A DNA stretch of 48,881 nt from a virus. Lineage: Duplodnaviria > Caudoviricetes. The notes beneath the pieces are model-generated. The model saw nothing but the letters and a program-made list of their open reading frames with translations. It had not been told where the DNA came from and made no database searches. The stretch lies in the IMG/VR virus record IMGVR_UViG_3300032212_000510, positions 1 through 48,881 of that record, one strand, 5' to 3'. Shown one piece after another: positions 18,177 through 29,055 of the stretch (its first letter is position 1; each line of letters opens with the position of its first letter). The position numbers were made by a program, and so were the translations under genes.

Positions 18177-20308
18177 TGCCACAATTACCAACCACACAGA
18201 CACGCCGCAGAGTAGCAACGCCACAACGCCGTGTGCAGGGATATTCCACGCAAGCTTATGAGCGTGGATTAAATGTTGCTGCACGTAGCGTATCAGATGT
18301 TGGTGATGTTATGGGTGATATAGGTGAGGAAAGGTACCAAAAGCAAGAGGGGTTAGATAAGGAGCGTGCAGATCGTGAGGCAATGCGCCTTCAAGAGAAA
18401 CATAAATCTGCTAAAAAAGATGCGGTAATACATGCGCAATCAAGAGAAAATTATGCTAAGCGCCAGCTTATGGATACACTATATGGCTCTGATGATAAAG
18501 ATGGGCTTTATAGTCGTAAGGGCGGTAATGCCTTAAATCTTGAGAATGACTTTAATGATGAGTGGAAAACTATCAAGGAAGGTGCTCTATCAGATGTAAC
18601 TGATCCAGATGCTAGAAGAGCTTTAGAGACTTCTCTTGAGGGTATGTACACATCTAATCTTGGTAATGTTAAGCGTTATCGCATGGATGAGCGCCGTGGT
18701 TACTTTAGTAATTTAAGTAATACAAGATCATTATTGGCTCAGGAGCAGGCAGGACTTGAATGGAATAATTCTGAGAGCTTCAAAATTGCACTCACTGATG
18801 CTGAGGAGTCTGCGCGTAATTCTGCTGTTATGGCAGGTAGTGATCCTGATATAGCAGCAAAAGCTGCTGTAAGTAGCACCTATACAACACGTATTGCTGC
18901 AATGATAAATAGCGGTGAAGATGATGCCATAATGAGTGCGGCAGTGTTATATGATAATGCGCGCCAGAATGGTAAAGTTATGCTTAATGATGTTGGTACC
19001 ATAGATACAATGATTGATGCTGTTTTACCTAAAGTTAAGGCTAAGAAAGCATTTGAAGATTTTAGAGATAATAAAAATATTACCGAATTAAACACAGATG
19101 ATATTCATCAAGCAATGTTACAAGTTGAGAGCGGTGGAAGGCATACTGATGCTGAGGGTAATATCACAAAATCACATGCCGGCGCATATGGTGTAGCTCA
19201 ATTAATGCCTGATACTGCCAAAGAGATCACAAAGGAAATGGGTGTTGCTCCTGATTATTGGCTTACTGAGAGTGGTAACGCTGAGATGGGTAAATACTAC
19301 CTTGATAAGATGGTTAAGCACTTTGATGATAAGTCTCTTGGTGTATTGGCATATAATTGGGGCATGGGTAATGTGCAAAAGCATATTGATAAAGTTGGTG
19401 ATCCGAGAAAAGGTGAAATAGCCATAGATGATTTTATAGCTAAAATTGATAATGATGAGGCACGCCAGTATGTGCCTAAAGTTATGCAATCTTTAGGTGG
19501 CCCAACAGATAAGCTTGATATGGGTCGTGCACAAAGAGCAGCGGTAAATATGCCTGATAAGGAAGCCGCATTATTTCTTAAGATGGTTGATAAGCAAAAT
19601 GAGACTATAGACACATCCCTTAAGGAAGAGAAGCAGCAATTTGAAGAAGCTATACATATGAAGGTAGCAAATGCAGGTGGTGATTATACTGTGCTATCTG
19701 CATCTGAAATGACGCAAGCCACAAGGCTTGGTGTTGATTATACCAAATATACAGGCGTGTCAGATCAGGATGCTTTGAATGATCTTGGATCTATGACATC
19801 TAATGAGCTTTTTGCAGTTGATCTTGATGAATATAGAGGTCAATTATCATTTGATGATATCAACACATACAAGCAAAAGCAGGCTGATCTACAGAATCCT
19901 AGTAATAAATTAATGCAGGATAAAATAGATCAGATTACAAGATACTACTTTAGAGCTGAGCTTGGTAATGATCCTGATAATAAGGTTTATAAATCTCAGG
20001 TGGCTGATATGAAACGCTTCATATCTGATTCATTATCGTCTCAATTTGAAGATATTGGCCAAATATCTGACAAGGATATTAATGCCACTGCTAGTGCCTT
20101 CTTTAAGAATCGTATCTATGATCCATGGGGGTTAGGTAATAGGCAAGAAAATATTTATCTAATGGATGTAGGTGACATACCAGATGATATACGCAACTCA
20201 ATTGAGCAAAGTATCTTAAATGAGGGTAAACTTATTACAGAAAATGCTATAAAAGAGAGGTACATACTTCATCTTGGTAAACAAGGACAGATACAAAGGA
20301 CTAAATAA
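18176..20308 (+). CDS. Ejection protein with soluble lytic transglycosylase domain
   Basis: SLT motifs QVESGG, GAYGVAQLMPDTA, AYNWGMGNV, EARQYVPKV. Confidence 0.85.
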   Translation: MPQLPTTQTRRRVATPQRRVQGYSTQAYERGLNVAARSVSDVGDVMGDIGEERYQKQEGLDKERADREAMRLQEKHKSAKKDAVIHAQSRENYAKRQLMDTLYGSDDKDGLYSRKGGNALNLENDFNDEWKTIKEGALSDVTDPDARRALETSLEGMYTSNLGNVKRYRMDERRGYFSNLSNTRSLLAQEQAGLEWNNSESFKIALTDAEESARNSAVMAGSDPDIAAKAAVSSTYTTRIAAMINSGEDDAIMSAAVLYDNARQNGKVMLNDVGTIDTMIDAVLPKVKAKKAFEDFRDNKNITELNTDDIHQAMLQVESGGRHTDAEGNITKSHAGAYGVAQLMPDTAKEITKEMGVAPDYWLTESGNAEMGKYYLDKMVKHFDDKSLGVLAYNWGMGNVQKHIDKVGDPRKGEIAIDDFIAKIDNDEARQYVPKVMQSLGGPTDKLDMGRAQRAAVNMPDKEAALFLKMVDKQNETIDTSLKEEKQQFEEAIHMKVANAGGDYTVLSASEMTQATRLGVDYTKYTGVSDQDALNDLGSMTSNELFAVDLDEYRGQLSFDDINTYKQKQADLQNPSNKLMQDKIDQITRYYFRAELGNDPDNKVYKSQVADMKRFISDSLSSQFEDIGQISDKDINATASAFFKNRIYDPWGLGNRQENIYLMDVGDIPDDIRNSIEQSILNEGKLITENAIKERYILHLGKQGQIQRTK

Positions 20309-23300
20309 TGCCTGAATTTGATGCTAATTACTTCTCTGAGCTGGCCAGCCAAGGAAACAATGATGTAGCGCAAGAAACAAGAAGATCATTACTAGCTAAC
20401 AGTGATGCTAATCCTGATGAGGTTGCACGTGCATCAAAGTTATCAAGAGAGTTTGGGGTGCCACAGGAAGCAGTGGAGGAAGATATTTCTTTTTATGAAA
20501 AAGAAAAGAATTTTTCACCTAAATATTTTACAGCTTTATCATCACAAAATCCTAATTTAGCTAAGTTTTTGGCTGAGCGTGACAATGCAAAAATAGTGCA
20601 TGATGATGTTGGCCCTCTTGTATATACATCTGATAAGATGCGTAGCCTTGCATCTGCCAGTGTGCAGTTTGGTTCTGATGTTATTGGTGGTACTGGAGAA
20701 GTATTACAAAGTGCTGCTGCTGCTGCTACAGAGGGAGTAGTAAGAAAGCAGGATTATTATTTCAAATCACCGTTAGACCGTGTACTTGATCCTCTTTCAG
20801 TAGGTACCACAGCGATTGCTGGTGATGTTCTTAACTTTGTATCAGAAGAGGGTATTGATAAGCTGGCAGAGTATATACGCCCTCCGGAAGAAAGAAGAGA
20901 TTTTGTTGATGATGTTGTAAGCGGATTAGGTCAAGTGGCCTCTCAGCTTGTGCTATTTGCTAGAAATCCAGCGATGGCAACAGGAGCTTTATTTGCTACA
21001 GGTGCAGAGCAGCAAGCAGATAGGTTAGATGCAGAAGATGTGCAAGATCCAAATCAACGATTACTTGCGCAAACATTAGGTGGTGGTGTAACGGCTGCTA
21101 CTGAGCGTGTGCAATTAGGTTTTCTTTTGAATCGTGTGCCTGGCCTAAAGAAAATATTAGGTAAAGCTCCAAAAGAAATACAAAACAAATGGCTTGATCG
21201 CATAGTAGATGTTGGGACTGCAGCAGGTGCAGAAGCTACACAGGAAGTAGTTGAAGGATTCTTACAAGACCTGATAGCACAACAAATATATAAGCCAGAT
21301 CAAGAGTTTTTTGAGACTATCCGTGAGGAAGCTGCTACAGCAGGTGTTGTTGGTGCAATAGCTAGAACGGCTATACTTGCTATTACAGGTGGCCGTAGAG
21401 CATCAACCTACCAAGACCAAGCTAATCAAGCAAAGGCATTAAGAGAATCTGTTATAGAAGCAAAGCAGGCTGGTGAGGGCACAAAGCTGCTCGAACGCGA
21501 TCCAGAAAAATTTAAGGAGTTCTTATCTAATGCCACAGAAGGGCAAGAGATAACACTTGATGGTGCTATAGTTGATGAGATGTATCAATCAGAGCAGGAC
21601 TTGGATAAGTTCTTTGAGATGGTACCAGAAGCACGCATCCAATTTGCTGAAAGCACAGAGACTGGTGCAGATGTAAAAATACCTGCTGATAAGCTTGTAT
21701 ATGCAATGGCACAAGATGCCAATAATGAGCTGGATTTTATTGCTGATTTTGTAAAGCTTGAGGATGGTATTACTAGCAAAGATGCAGATAATCCTGATTT
21801 TGTTAATGAGCAAATTGATGAAGTAATGCGCCAAGCGCGTGAAGAGCAAGCAACATTTGAAAGTGAGCAACAGCAAAAAGAGTTTTATGACCGTGTTGAG
21901 CAACAGGTATATGAAAATCTTACTGATGTTGGCCGTATGGGTGAAAAAGCACGCACTCCTGATGTGGCTAATCAAGAGGCCATACTGTATGCAGGCTTTG
22001 TAAAATCAATGATTGATCGTGGTGGAGAGCCTACAAGAAAAGTTCTTGAAAATGTATTTGGTGGTAACTTTGAAATAAGAGGGCCACAAACGCAGCCTCC
22101 GGCTTTACCTGTTACTGGTGAGGACGCATATATTGATTCCTTGCGCAAAAAACAAAAATCCAAGGGATTACGCAAGAAGAAGGTCAAGAAAGACTTATTG
22201 GGTGAAGTACGTAAACCAGGTGAAAAAGCAACACCAAAACCATTGATTAAAGCGCTTATCCAACGCGGTAAAATTAGGCGCGGTTCTCCTATACAAGCAG
22301 AATTAAAAGCTATAGGAATTACACCAAAAGCATATCCGAAGCTATTTGCAAAAGACGGTGCGCTGGGTGATATTGATAATATTGTTGCCTCTGAGTTTGA
22401 GTCAGAGATTGGTGTGTCTGGTATATTTGCACCTGATGAAACAGGGTATGTGGATAGGCAGGAATTACTTGATAAGTTACGTGATGAGACTTTTGGTAAT
22501 TTTATACGCACCGAAGAAGATATGCAGGCAGAGCTTAAAAGCGCATATAATGAAGAGGTTTTGAATGAGTTGCAAAGCCGCGGTGTTGATATTACCAAAG
22601 CAGATAATGACACTGTAAAGCGTGCTCTTGCAGAAGCAGCAGAGGAATATGCTAGCGGTACTTATTATCAGGCTAAGCCTATAAAAACAGATACAGAAGC
22701 TTTTAAGAATTGGTTCGGAGATTCAAAAGTTGTTGATGAGAATGGTGAGCCGTTGGTTGTTTATCATGGGACAGAAGCAGAGTTTGACTTTTTTGATCCA
22801 AAAAAAATAGGTAAAAAACACCCAACATATTCTTTTGGTTTTCATTTTACAGATAGCAGTAAAGAAGCTGGAATTTACGCTAAAGATGCAGGCGCAAGAA
22901 TATTACCTCTTTATCTCCAAATAAAAAATCCATTAGTTATTAAGACTGGTCTACATGCTTCAAACTATGTTGATAACAATAAAACTGAGATTGTTAAAAC
23001 AATTATAGATTCTAGAAAGCCACGAACTGTAACAGATGATGATGCACTACTTCGTGCATTAGAAGGTGATGAAACGGCGGTGTTTGAAAAAGAAGCTCCT
23101 CCAAATCCTTACGATGGAATAATTGTTAAGGGTAAAGAAGATGTAAATTATATTGCCTTCAAACCAGAACAAATAAAAAGCCAATTCAACATAGGCACTT
23201 TTGATCCAGCCGATCCACGTATTTTATACCAAGACCGCGATAGCAAGCGTGGCTCTATCCAGTTTGGTGAGCAAGGCCAGCGCATTATAAACCTGTTTAA

Positions 23301-26300
23301 GGGTGCTGATGAATCTACTTTATTCCATGAAACTGGTCACTTATTCCTTGATATATTTGGCCAAATAGCTGCTGATCCTGATGCTACTCAGGATATAAAA
23401 GATGATTACCAAGCTGCATTAAAATGGATGGGTGTTGCGCCTGAGGCAGACGCTATTCAACACATATCAAAAAATATTAATGCTGAACATGAAACCAAAG
23501 ATGTGCAAAAAGGCTTTGAGGATGTTGGAAAAAAATCAATTTTCAAAGTTGGTGGCGCAGCAGTACAAACCTCAATAAGAGAAGATGCTGGCGGTATTTA
23601 CTTAAATAATATTCATGTGAAAGAGGTGAGTGACCTTACAAAACAAAAATATGGGACAGGACTTGGAACTAATGTTCTGAATGCATTAAAAGACTATTCG
23701 AATAAAACAGGCAAACCCCTATATATTGTTGGCGCAGTAAAATCTGCGGTACCATATTACGAAAAGTTTACAGACTTAAGAAAAGTAGAATTAAATATTG
23801 AGATTAAGGGTCAAGTTGAAACAATAGAAGACTCATTTGTTTATAAACCAAGTACACCAATTGGTGTTGAGCAGCATGAGCAGTGGGCACGTGGCTTTGA
23901 AGCATATCTATATGAGGGTAAAGCACCATCAGCTAAATTACGCGCAGCGTTTGATCGCTTTAAGATGTGGTTGCTTAATGTATATAAGAATATCTCAGGT
24001 TTAGATGTGAAGCTTGATGATAATATACGTAGCGTATTTGATCGCATGCTGGCAACAAGTGAGGAGATTGATGCTTTAGAGAGTAATCTCCTTTTCCAAA
24101 CAAATGAAAAAACACTTGAGATGCTTAATAAGGCTGAGCGTGAAAAGTACGTTAAGCAGCAAGATAAATTATTAACTGATGCTAAAGATAAACTATTCAG
24201 GAAAGCTTTAAGGCAAAAGCGCAGAGAAAATACCAAGTGGTATAAAGAGCAGCGTGAAAAGGTTATGAAGGAGCAGGAAGAGCTGCTGCAAAAGGATGCC
24301 TTGTATAGAGCTATACACCTTGTAACTACTGGGCAAGATTTTGATGGCAATACGGTTCTTGATTCAGAATATAAAATGTCTGAAAAGGATGTGATAGAGC
24401 TTTATGGTGAGAAGGAGATAGTTAGCCGTTTACCACGTGGATCGCGCACAAAGGGTGATGGCGTTGACTTGAGAATCCTTGCAGAGATGTATGGCTTTGA
24501 TAGCCCTAAGATTTTAATTGATGCTATGATAGCTGCTGATCCATATAAGTTAAAGCTACAAAAGCTTACTGATGATGAGATGATAGTAAGACATGGTGAT
24601 ATGCTAAATGATGGTACCATTGAGCGTGAAGCTCTTGAAATGGTAATGACGCAAAACCCTGAGCTTAATTTTGTAGAGCTTGAATCTATCTCAAAGAAAA
24701 CAGGTGTTGAGCAGCCAACAAACAATGATTTTAAGATTGCTGCAAAGAGAGCTATAGCACAGCAGAATGTTGATAACTCAATTAAGCCTGATAAATATTA
24801 CAGAGCTGCGCTGCGTGCTGAGCGTGAGTATGGTAAGGCTCTTGCAAAAGAAGACTTTGATGCTGCTGCTGAGGCAAAGAGACGTGTAATATTGAATAAA
24901 TATATGTTCAAAGAGGCTCGTGATTCGCGTGAGGAAGTTAATAAGGCATTAGAGCGTTTCCAAAAACTATCTAAAAAGCCACCAAGAAAGAAAAAACCTA
25001 AGATAGACCCTGAGTATCATGAAAAGATATGGGGTGTACTGGGTGCATATAATTTAGGGCCAAGGCTTACAGAGGCAAAGAAATTAAAGCTTGAGCTTGC
25101 TGCTATTAATGAGTGGATAATCGAGAAAGAAAATAACGAATTTGCACAGCTATTGGTACCGCCTCAGTTAATGGAGGCTCAGGATAAATCACATTACCGT
25201 GATCTTACACTGGATGAATTTAGAGGTTTGCGTGATTTAGTAGTTAACCTTGAGACACAAGGTAGAAGAAAGCTGCAATATATATCAGAGCAGGAGAAAC
25301 GTGATCTTAATGAGCTTGTTGATGAGCTTGAACTGACTGCAGATGAGCATAATGAAGTTATAGAAAAGCCTCTTTCTAAAAGGCAGAATGAGCGTTTATC
25401 CAAAAAGCTTGGTGAGTTGGCCGGGGCTATTGATGCTGTTAATACAAAGGCCAGCACTATTACATCACAGCTTGATGGTGGTAAATATGGTGTATGGACA
25501 AAAACCATATTTGAACCAATACAGGCTGCTGAGATACAAAAGGTGATTCGTAGTCGTGATGAGATGAAAAACTTGCATGATATAATTGATAGGCACTACG
25601 GCAAGGATTACAAAAAGAAAAAGATGCGCCTTAAGCTAGATGAAAAAACAGGTGTTGCGGATTACAAAACATATGTGCAAACATTTATGGATGAGGATTT
25701 TATTGTTAAAGCTGATGGTGTAGAGGAAACTCTTACACGTGAGATGATTTTAACCATAGCTATGCACCAAGGCACTGTAGATAACAAAGCCAAGCTGCTT
25801 GATGGTTATGCTAAAACACGTGGGTGGACACAAGGATTTATAGATAATGCTTTATCTAACATGACCAAAAGAGATTGGTTGTTTGTTCAAGATACATGGA
25901 ACTATATGGATTCATTTTGGCCGGAGGTTTCAAAGATCGAAGCTGAAAGATATGGGTATGCTCCTGAAAAAATAGAGCATGAGCCTCTTACTGTAACGAC
26001 TGCTGATGGAGAGTTGCTTGATTTGCCTGGTGGTTATATGCGGATCAAATATGATCCACACCAAGATGTGCGCACCAAAAAAGAATCTATAGCAGAAGTC
26101 AATAAGGATATGATGATTGGTGCTAATACTAAAGCGCAAACAAAAAATGGCTCTACGTATGAGCGTGCCAATAATGTTGAAAGACCAATACGCTTAGATA
26201 TGGATGTTGTAAGTGAGCACATTAATGAGCAAGTAACCTTTATCACAATGTCTGAGGCCGTAGAAAATGTTGATAAAGTTCTGCGTAAGCAAAAGGTACA

Positions 26301-27474
26301 GGAAGCTGTAAATAATTACATTGGTGAAGATGCGCTTGTGATGATGGAAACATGGTTGCAGGATACATCAAGTGGCGGTGTGATGGCTGGCGGAGTGATT
26401 AATGGTAGCCTAAGAGCTTTACGATCAAACTATACGCTGGGTAGGCTTGGTTTACGTCCTATGACAGCATTATTACAGTTCTCAGGTTTAGCGCAGACCG
26501 CAGGTGATGTCGGTACCGGCAATATGGTGCGCGGTCTTATGCAAGTATTCTCACGTGGTAATCCATATGCAATTAGTGAAGAGATAAAAGTTAAGAGTGC
26601 ATTTATGAGAGAGCGTGAATTTACCCTTACACGTGATGTGTCTGATGCGCTGCGCTTACTTACACGCCCTGATGCTGGAAAAGTATCTAAAGCAGCAGCA
26701 TCTATGCTATGGCCTATGCAAAAAATGCAGGAAGTAGTTGATGCGGTTTCATGGTCTGCCACATATCAAAAAGCATTAAATGAGGGGGTTAATGATGCAG
26801 AAGCTATAAGGCAGGCAGATATAGCAGTAGCAAGATCACAAGGATCCGGACTGGTGTCAGATTTAGCTGCTATTGAGCGTGGTACCCTTACAGAAAAAAC
26901 ACAAAGACAAGAATGGGTGAAGTTCGCTACCATGTTCTTTTCATACTTTAATGCTAAATATAATGTGATCAAAACCAAGAATATACAGTATAAGAATAAA
27001 GAAATTGGCACACCTGAGCTTGCAGCATCATACTTAATGACATTTATGCTTGAAGGTCTTATATCAGCATTGATTATGGGGCAGCTTGATTTTGATAAAG
27101 ATGATGATGAGCATGTTACAGGCTCAGAAGTGGCAACAACAATTGGAATGCTAACATTACAACAAACTGCTGCTACTGTACCATTTGTTAGGGATGTGGC
27201 TGGAGCTGCGCAAGGCTTTTCATCGCAAGGTGCTGCACAAGCTCAAATACAAAATATTGGTACATTCCTTGGAACATTCACCAGAACTGCACAGAAAATC
27301 TCAGAAGGTGAGGATGTGAATTGGTATTCATTTACTAGAGGCGCTGTAAATACAACCAATGCTGTATTACCTCTTCCAGCGGGTATGATAAACCAATTAT
27401 TGCGTGCAGCAGAAAAAGAGGCTAAGGGTGATGATGCACAGATTATTGATTATCTGGTGTATAGAGAAGACTGA
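20308..27474 (+). CDS. Large polyvalent ejection protein (2388 aa) with ART-like, zincin-like and GNAT-like domains
   Basis: FKNWFGDSKVVDENGEPLVVYHGT...YDGII...EQIKS (ART-PolyVal-like). STLFHETGH...HEQWARGFEAYL (MPTase-like). KYGTGLGT...SAVPYYEKF (GNAT-like). gp16 position. Confidence 0.8.
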   Translation: MPEFDANYFSELASQGNNDVAQETRRSLLANSDANPDEVARASKLSREFGVPQEAVEEDISFYEKEKNFSPKYFTALSSQNPNLAKFLAERDNAKIVHDDVGPLVYTSDKMRSLASASVQFGSDVIGGTGEVLQSAAAAATEGVVRKQDYYFKSPLDRVLDPLSVGTTAIAGDVLNFVSEEGIDKLAEYIRPPEERRDFVDDVVSGLGQVASQLVLFARNPAMATGALFATGAEQQADRLDAEDVQDPNQRLLAQTLGGGVTAATERVQLGFLLNRVPGLKKILGKAPKEIQNKWLDRIVDVGTAAGAEATQEVVEGFLQDLIAQQIYKPDQEFFETIREEAATAGVVGAIARTAILAITGGRRASTYQDQANQAKALRESVIEAKQAGEGTKLLERDPEKFKEFLSNATEGQEITLDGAIVDEMYQSEQDLDKFFEMVPEARIQFAESTETGADVKIPADKLVYAMAQDANNELDFIADFVKLEDGITSKDADNPDFVNEQIDEVMRQAREEQATFESEQQQKEFYDRVEQQVYENLTDVGRMGEKARTPDVANQEAILYAGFVKSMIDRGGEPTRKVLENVFGGNFEIRGPQTQPPALPVTGEDAYIDSLRKKQKSKGLRKKKVKKDLLGEVRKPGEKATPKPLIKALIQRGKIRRGSPIQAELKAIGITPKAYPKLFAKDGALGDIDNIVASEFESEIGVSGIFAPDETGYVDRQELLDKLRDETFGNFIRTEEDMQAELKSAYNEEVLNELQSRGVDITKADNDTVKRALAEAAEEYASGTYYQAKPIKTDTEAFKNWFGDSKVVDENGEPLVVYHGTEAEFDFFDPKKIGKKHPTYSFGFHFTDSSKEAGIYAKDAGARILPLYLQIKNPLVIKTGLHASNYVDNNKTEIVKTIIDSRKPRTVTDDDALLRALEGDETAVFEKEAPPNPYDGIIVKGKEDVNYIAFKPEQIKSQFNIGTFDPADPRILYQDRDSKRGSIQFGEQGQRIINLFKGADESTLFHETGHLFLDIFGQIAADPDATQDIKDDYQAALKWMGVAPEADAIQHISKNINAEHETKDVQKGFEDVGKKSIFKVGGAAVQTSIREDAGGIYLNNIHVKEVSDLTKQKYGTGLGTNVLNALKDYSNKTGKPLYIVGAVKSAVPYYEKFTDLRKVELNIEIKGQVETIEDSFVYKPSTPIGVEQHEQWARGFEAYLYEGKAPSAKLRAAFDRFKMWLLNVYKNISGLDVKLDDNIRSVFDRMLATSEEIDALESNLLFQTNEKTLEMLNKAEREKYVKQQDKLLTDAKDKLFRKALRQKRRENTKWYKEQREKVMKEQEELLQKDALYRAIHLVTTGQDFDGNTVLDSEYKMSEKDVIELYGEKEIVSRLPRGSRTKGDGVDLRILAEMYGFDSPKILIDAMIAADPYKLKLQKLTDDEMIVRHGDMLNDGTIEREALEMVMTQNPELNFVELESISKKTGVEQPTNNDFKIAAKRAIAQQNVDNSIKPDKYYRAALRAEREYGKALAKEDFDAAAEAKRRVILNKYMFKEARDSREEVNKALERFQKLSKKPPRKKKPKIDPEYHEKIWGVLGAYNLGPRLTEAKKLKLELAAINEWIIEKENNEFAQLLVPPQLMEAQDKSHYRDLTLDEFRGLRDLVVNLETQGRRKLQYISEQEKRDLNELVDELELTADEHNEVIEKPLSKRQNERLSKKLGELAGAIDAVNTKASTITSQLDGGKYGVWTKTIFEPIQAAEIQKVIRSRDEMKNLHDIIDRHYGKDYKKKKMRLKLDEKTGVADYKTYVQTFMDEDFIVKADGVEETLTREMILTIAMHQGTVDNKAKLLDGYAKTRGWTQGFIDNALSNMTKRDWLFVQDTWNYMDSFWPEVSKIEAERYGYAPEKIEHEPLTVTTADGELLDLPGGYMRIKYDPHQDVRTKKESIAEVNKDMMIGANTKAQTKNGSTYERANNVERPIRLDMDVVSEHINEQVTFITMSEAVENVDKVLRKQKVQEAVNNYIGEDALVMMETWLQDTSSGGVMAGGVINGSLRALRSNYTLGRLGLRPMTALLQFSGLAQTAGDVGTGNMVRGLMQVFSRGNPYAISEEIKVKSAFMREREFTLTRDVSDALRLLTRPDAGKVSKAAASMLWPMQKMQEVVDAVSWSATYQKALNEGVNDAEAIRQADIAVARSQGSGLVSDLAAIERGTLTEKTQRQEWVKFATMFFSYFNAKYNVIKTKNIQYKNKEIGTPELAASYLMTFMLEGLISALIMGQLDFDKDDDEHVTGSEVATTIGMLTLQQTAATVPFVRDVAGAAQGFSSQGAAQAQIQNIGTFLGTFTRTAQKISEGEDVNWYSFTRGAVNTTNAVLPLPAGMINQLLRAAEKEAKGDDAQIIDYLVYRED

Positions 27475-27579
27475 TATGGAATAAATTAACTTATCTGTTA
27501 TACTGAGGATATCCAAGCCCATATCCATGGGGTAGCAAGTGCCTATCTTTATTAACTTTATAAAGCCTTAAGGTGTGTT

Positions 27580-29055
27580 ATGACTGTAACCGATCGCATA
27601 AATGGATTGAATCAGGGTGTTGCTTATAAAGCCCCTGTGCGTGTAGCAACTACAGCTAATATAACTTTATCAGGTACGCAAACTATTGATGGTGTGGCAG
27701 TTGTTGCAGATGATCGTGTGCTTGTTAAAGATCAAACAGATGATACTGAAAACGGAATTTATATTGCTTCTGCTTCTGCGTGGAGTAGGTCTAAGGATTT
27801 TGATAGTTCCCGTGATGTCACAGAGGGCACTATTGTTTATGTATTATATGGCACAGTTTCCACAAGGGTATATTACTCACTTACAACAACTGATGATCCG
27901 ATTGATTTTGGCACAAGCTCTATAACATTTACTCGGGTTAATGGCTTTGATGAGGATGTTGATGAGAATGGCCTGACATATGGTGATGGCACAGATCAAG
28001 ATATTATTATAGCAACAATGAATGTTACTGGCTCCCCTAAGTTTTCGTGGGATGAGAGTGCTGATTCATTTAGAATAGATAAGTCTTTAATATTAGGTAC
28101 TGATGGTGAGGTTACACACACGATTGCTGGTGCTTCCGTGACATCACAATTAGAGGTTCATTCAAGTGGTGCATCTGATCTTGGTGGTCTGACTATACAT
28201 AGACATACAGATAGTAATGATTTTGGTAGTCATATATTAGGTATGAGAAGCAGGGGAACACACGATACGGAAACAATCGTGCAAGACAATGATACATTAC
28301 TTCGTGTTATCGCTTGTGGGTATGATGGCACCGATGAAGAGACTGCAGCAGAAATTAGGTTTTTAGTAGATGGCACACCAGGTAATAATGATATGCCTGG
28401 TGAGATTGCTTTCTTTACAAACGCTGGCTCTCAAACTTTAACTAAGCGTGGAGCATTTAGAGCAGATGGCACTTTTGAGCTTGGCTCCGGTATCGGTATT
28501 AACTCTTTTCTTGATGAAGATAATATGGCATCTAATAGTGCAACCGCACTTCCAACACAACAAAGTGTAAAAGCTTATGTTGATGCTGAGAACTCTAAAC
28601 TTCAAGCTGATTTCCTCCATATTCAAGACCAAAAAACTACTGGTACTGATGGTGGAACTAGTGCTGCTACTACTTGGAATACAAGAGATTTGAATACTGT
28701 TGTAACTAATGAGATATCTGGAGCTTCTTTATCATCCAACCAAATCACACTACCAGCAGGCACTTACTACATAGAGGCTAGTGGTCCTGCTACTCGCTCT
28801 CAGGGTACTCAATTAAGATTATATAATATTACAGATGCATCTACAGAGCTTTTAGGGCAATCAGCATATAGTGGTTCCGGTGATAACACAAATGTACACT
28901 CTCTTATGTGTGGTAGATTTACTATAGCTGATGCAAAAGTTTTTGAGGTAGATCAATATACAATCACAACAGTAGGCACTTTAGGTCTTGGCACTGCCAG
29001 CGATAGTGGCAGTACGGAAATATATACAGATGTTAAAATATGGAAGGTGGCATAA
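27580..29055 (+). CDS. Tail fibre / receptor-binding protein
   Basis: KAPVRVATTANITLSGTQTIDG...DRVLVKDQT..ENGIY N-terminal motif. LPTQQSVKAYVD linker. C-terminal ITLPAGTYYIEA beta domain. Confidence 0.78.
   Translation: MTVTDRINGLNQGVAYKAPVRVATTANITLSGTQTIDGVAVVADDRVLVKDQTDDTENGIYIASASAWSRSKDFDSSRDVTEGTIVYVLYGTVSTRVYYSLTTTDDPIDFGTSSITFTRVNGFDEDVDENGLTYGDGTDQDIIIATMNVTGSPKFSWDESADSFRIDKSLILGTDGEVTHTIAGASVTSQLEVHSSGASDLGGLTIHRHTDSNDFGSHILGMRSRGTHDTETIVQDNDTLLRVIACGYDGTDEETAAEIRFLVDGTPGNNDMPGEIAFFTNAGSQTLTKRGAFRADGTFELGSGIGINSFLDEDNMASNSATALPTQQSVKAYVDAENSKLQADFLHIQDQKTTGTDGGTSAATTWNTRDLNTVVTNEISGASLSSNQITLPAGTYYIEASGPATRSQGTQLRLYNITDASTELLGQSAYSGSGDNTNVHSLMCGRFTIADAKVFEVDQYTITTVGTLGLGTASDSGSTEIYTDVKIWKVA

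Noticed and set aside
27580-29055. Diversity-generating retroelement target, given the BPP-1-like virion module
   Set aside because: No reverse transcriptase gene and no TR/VR repeat pair noticed.
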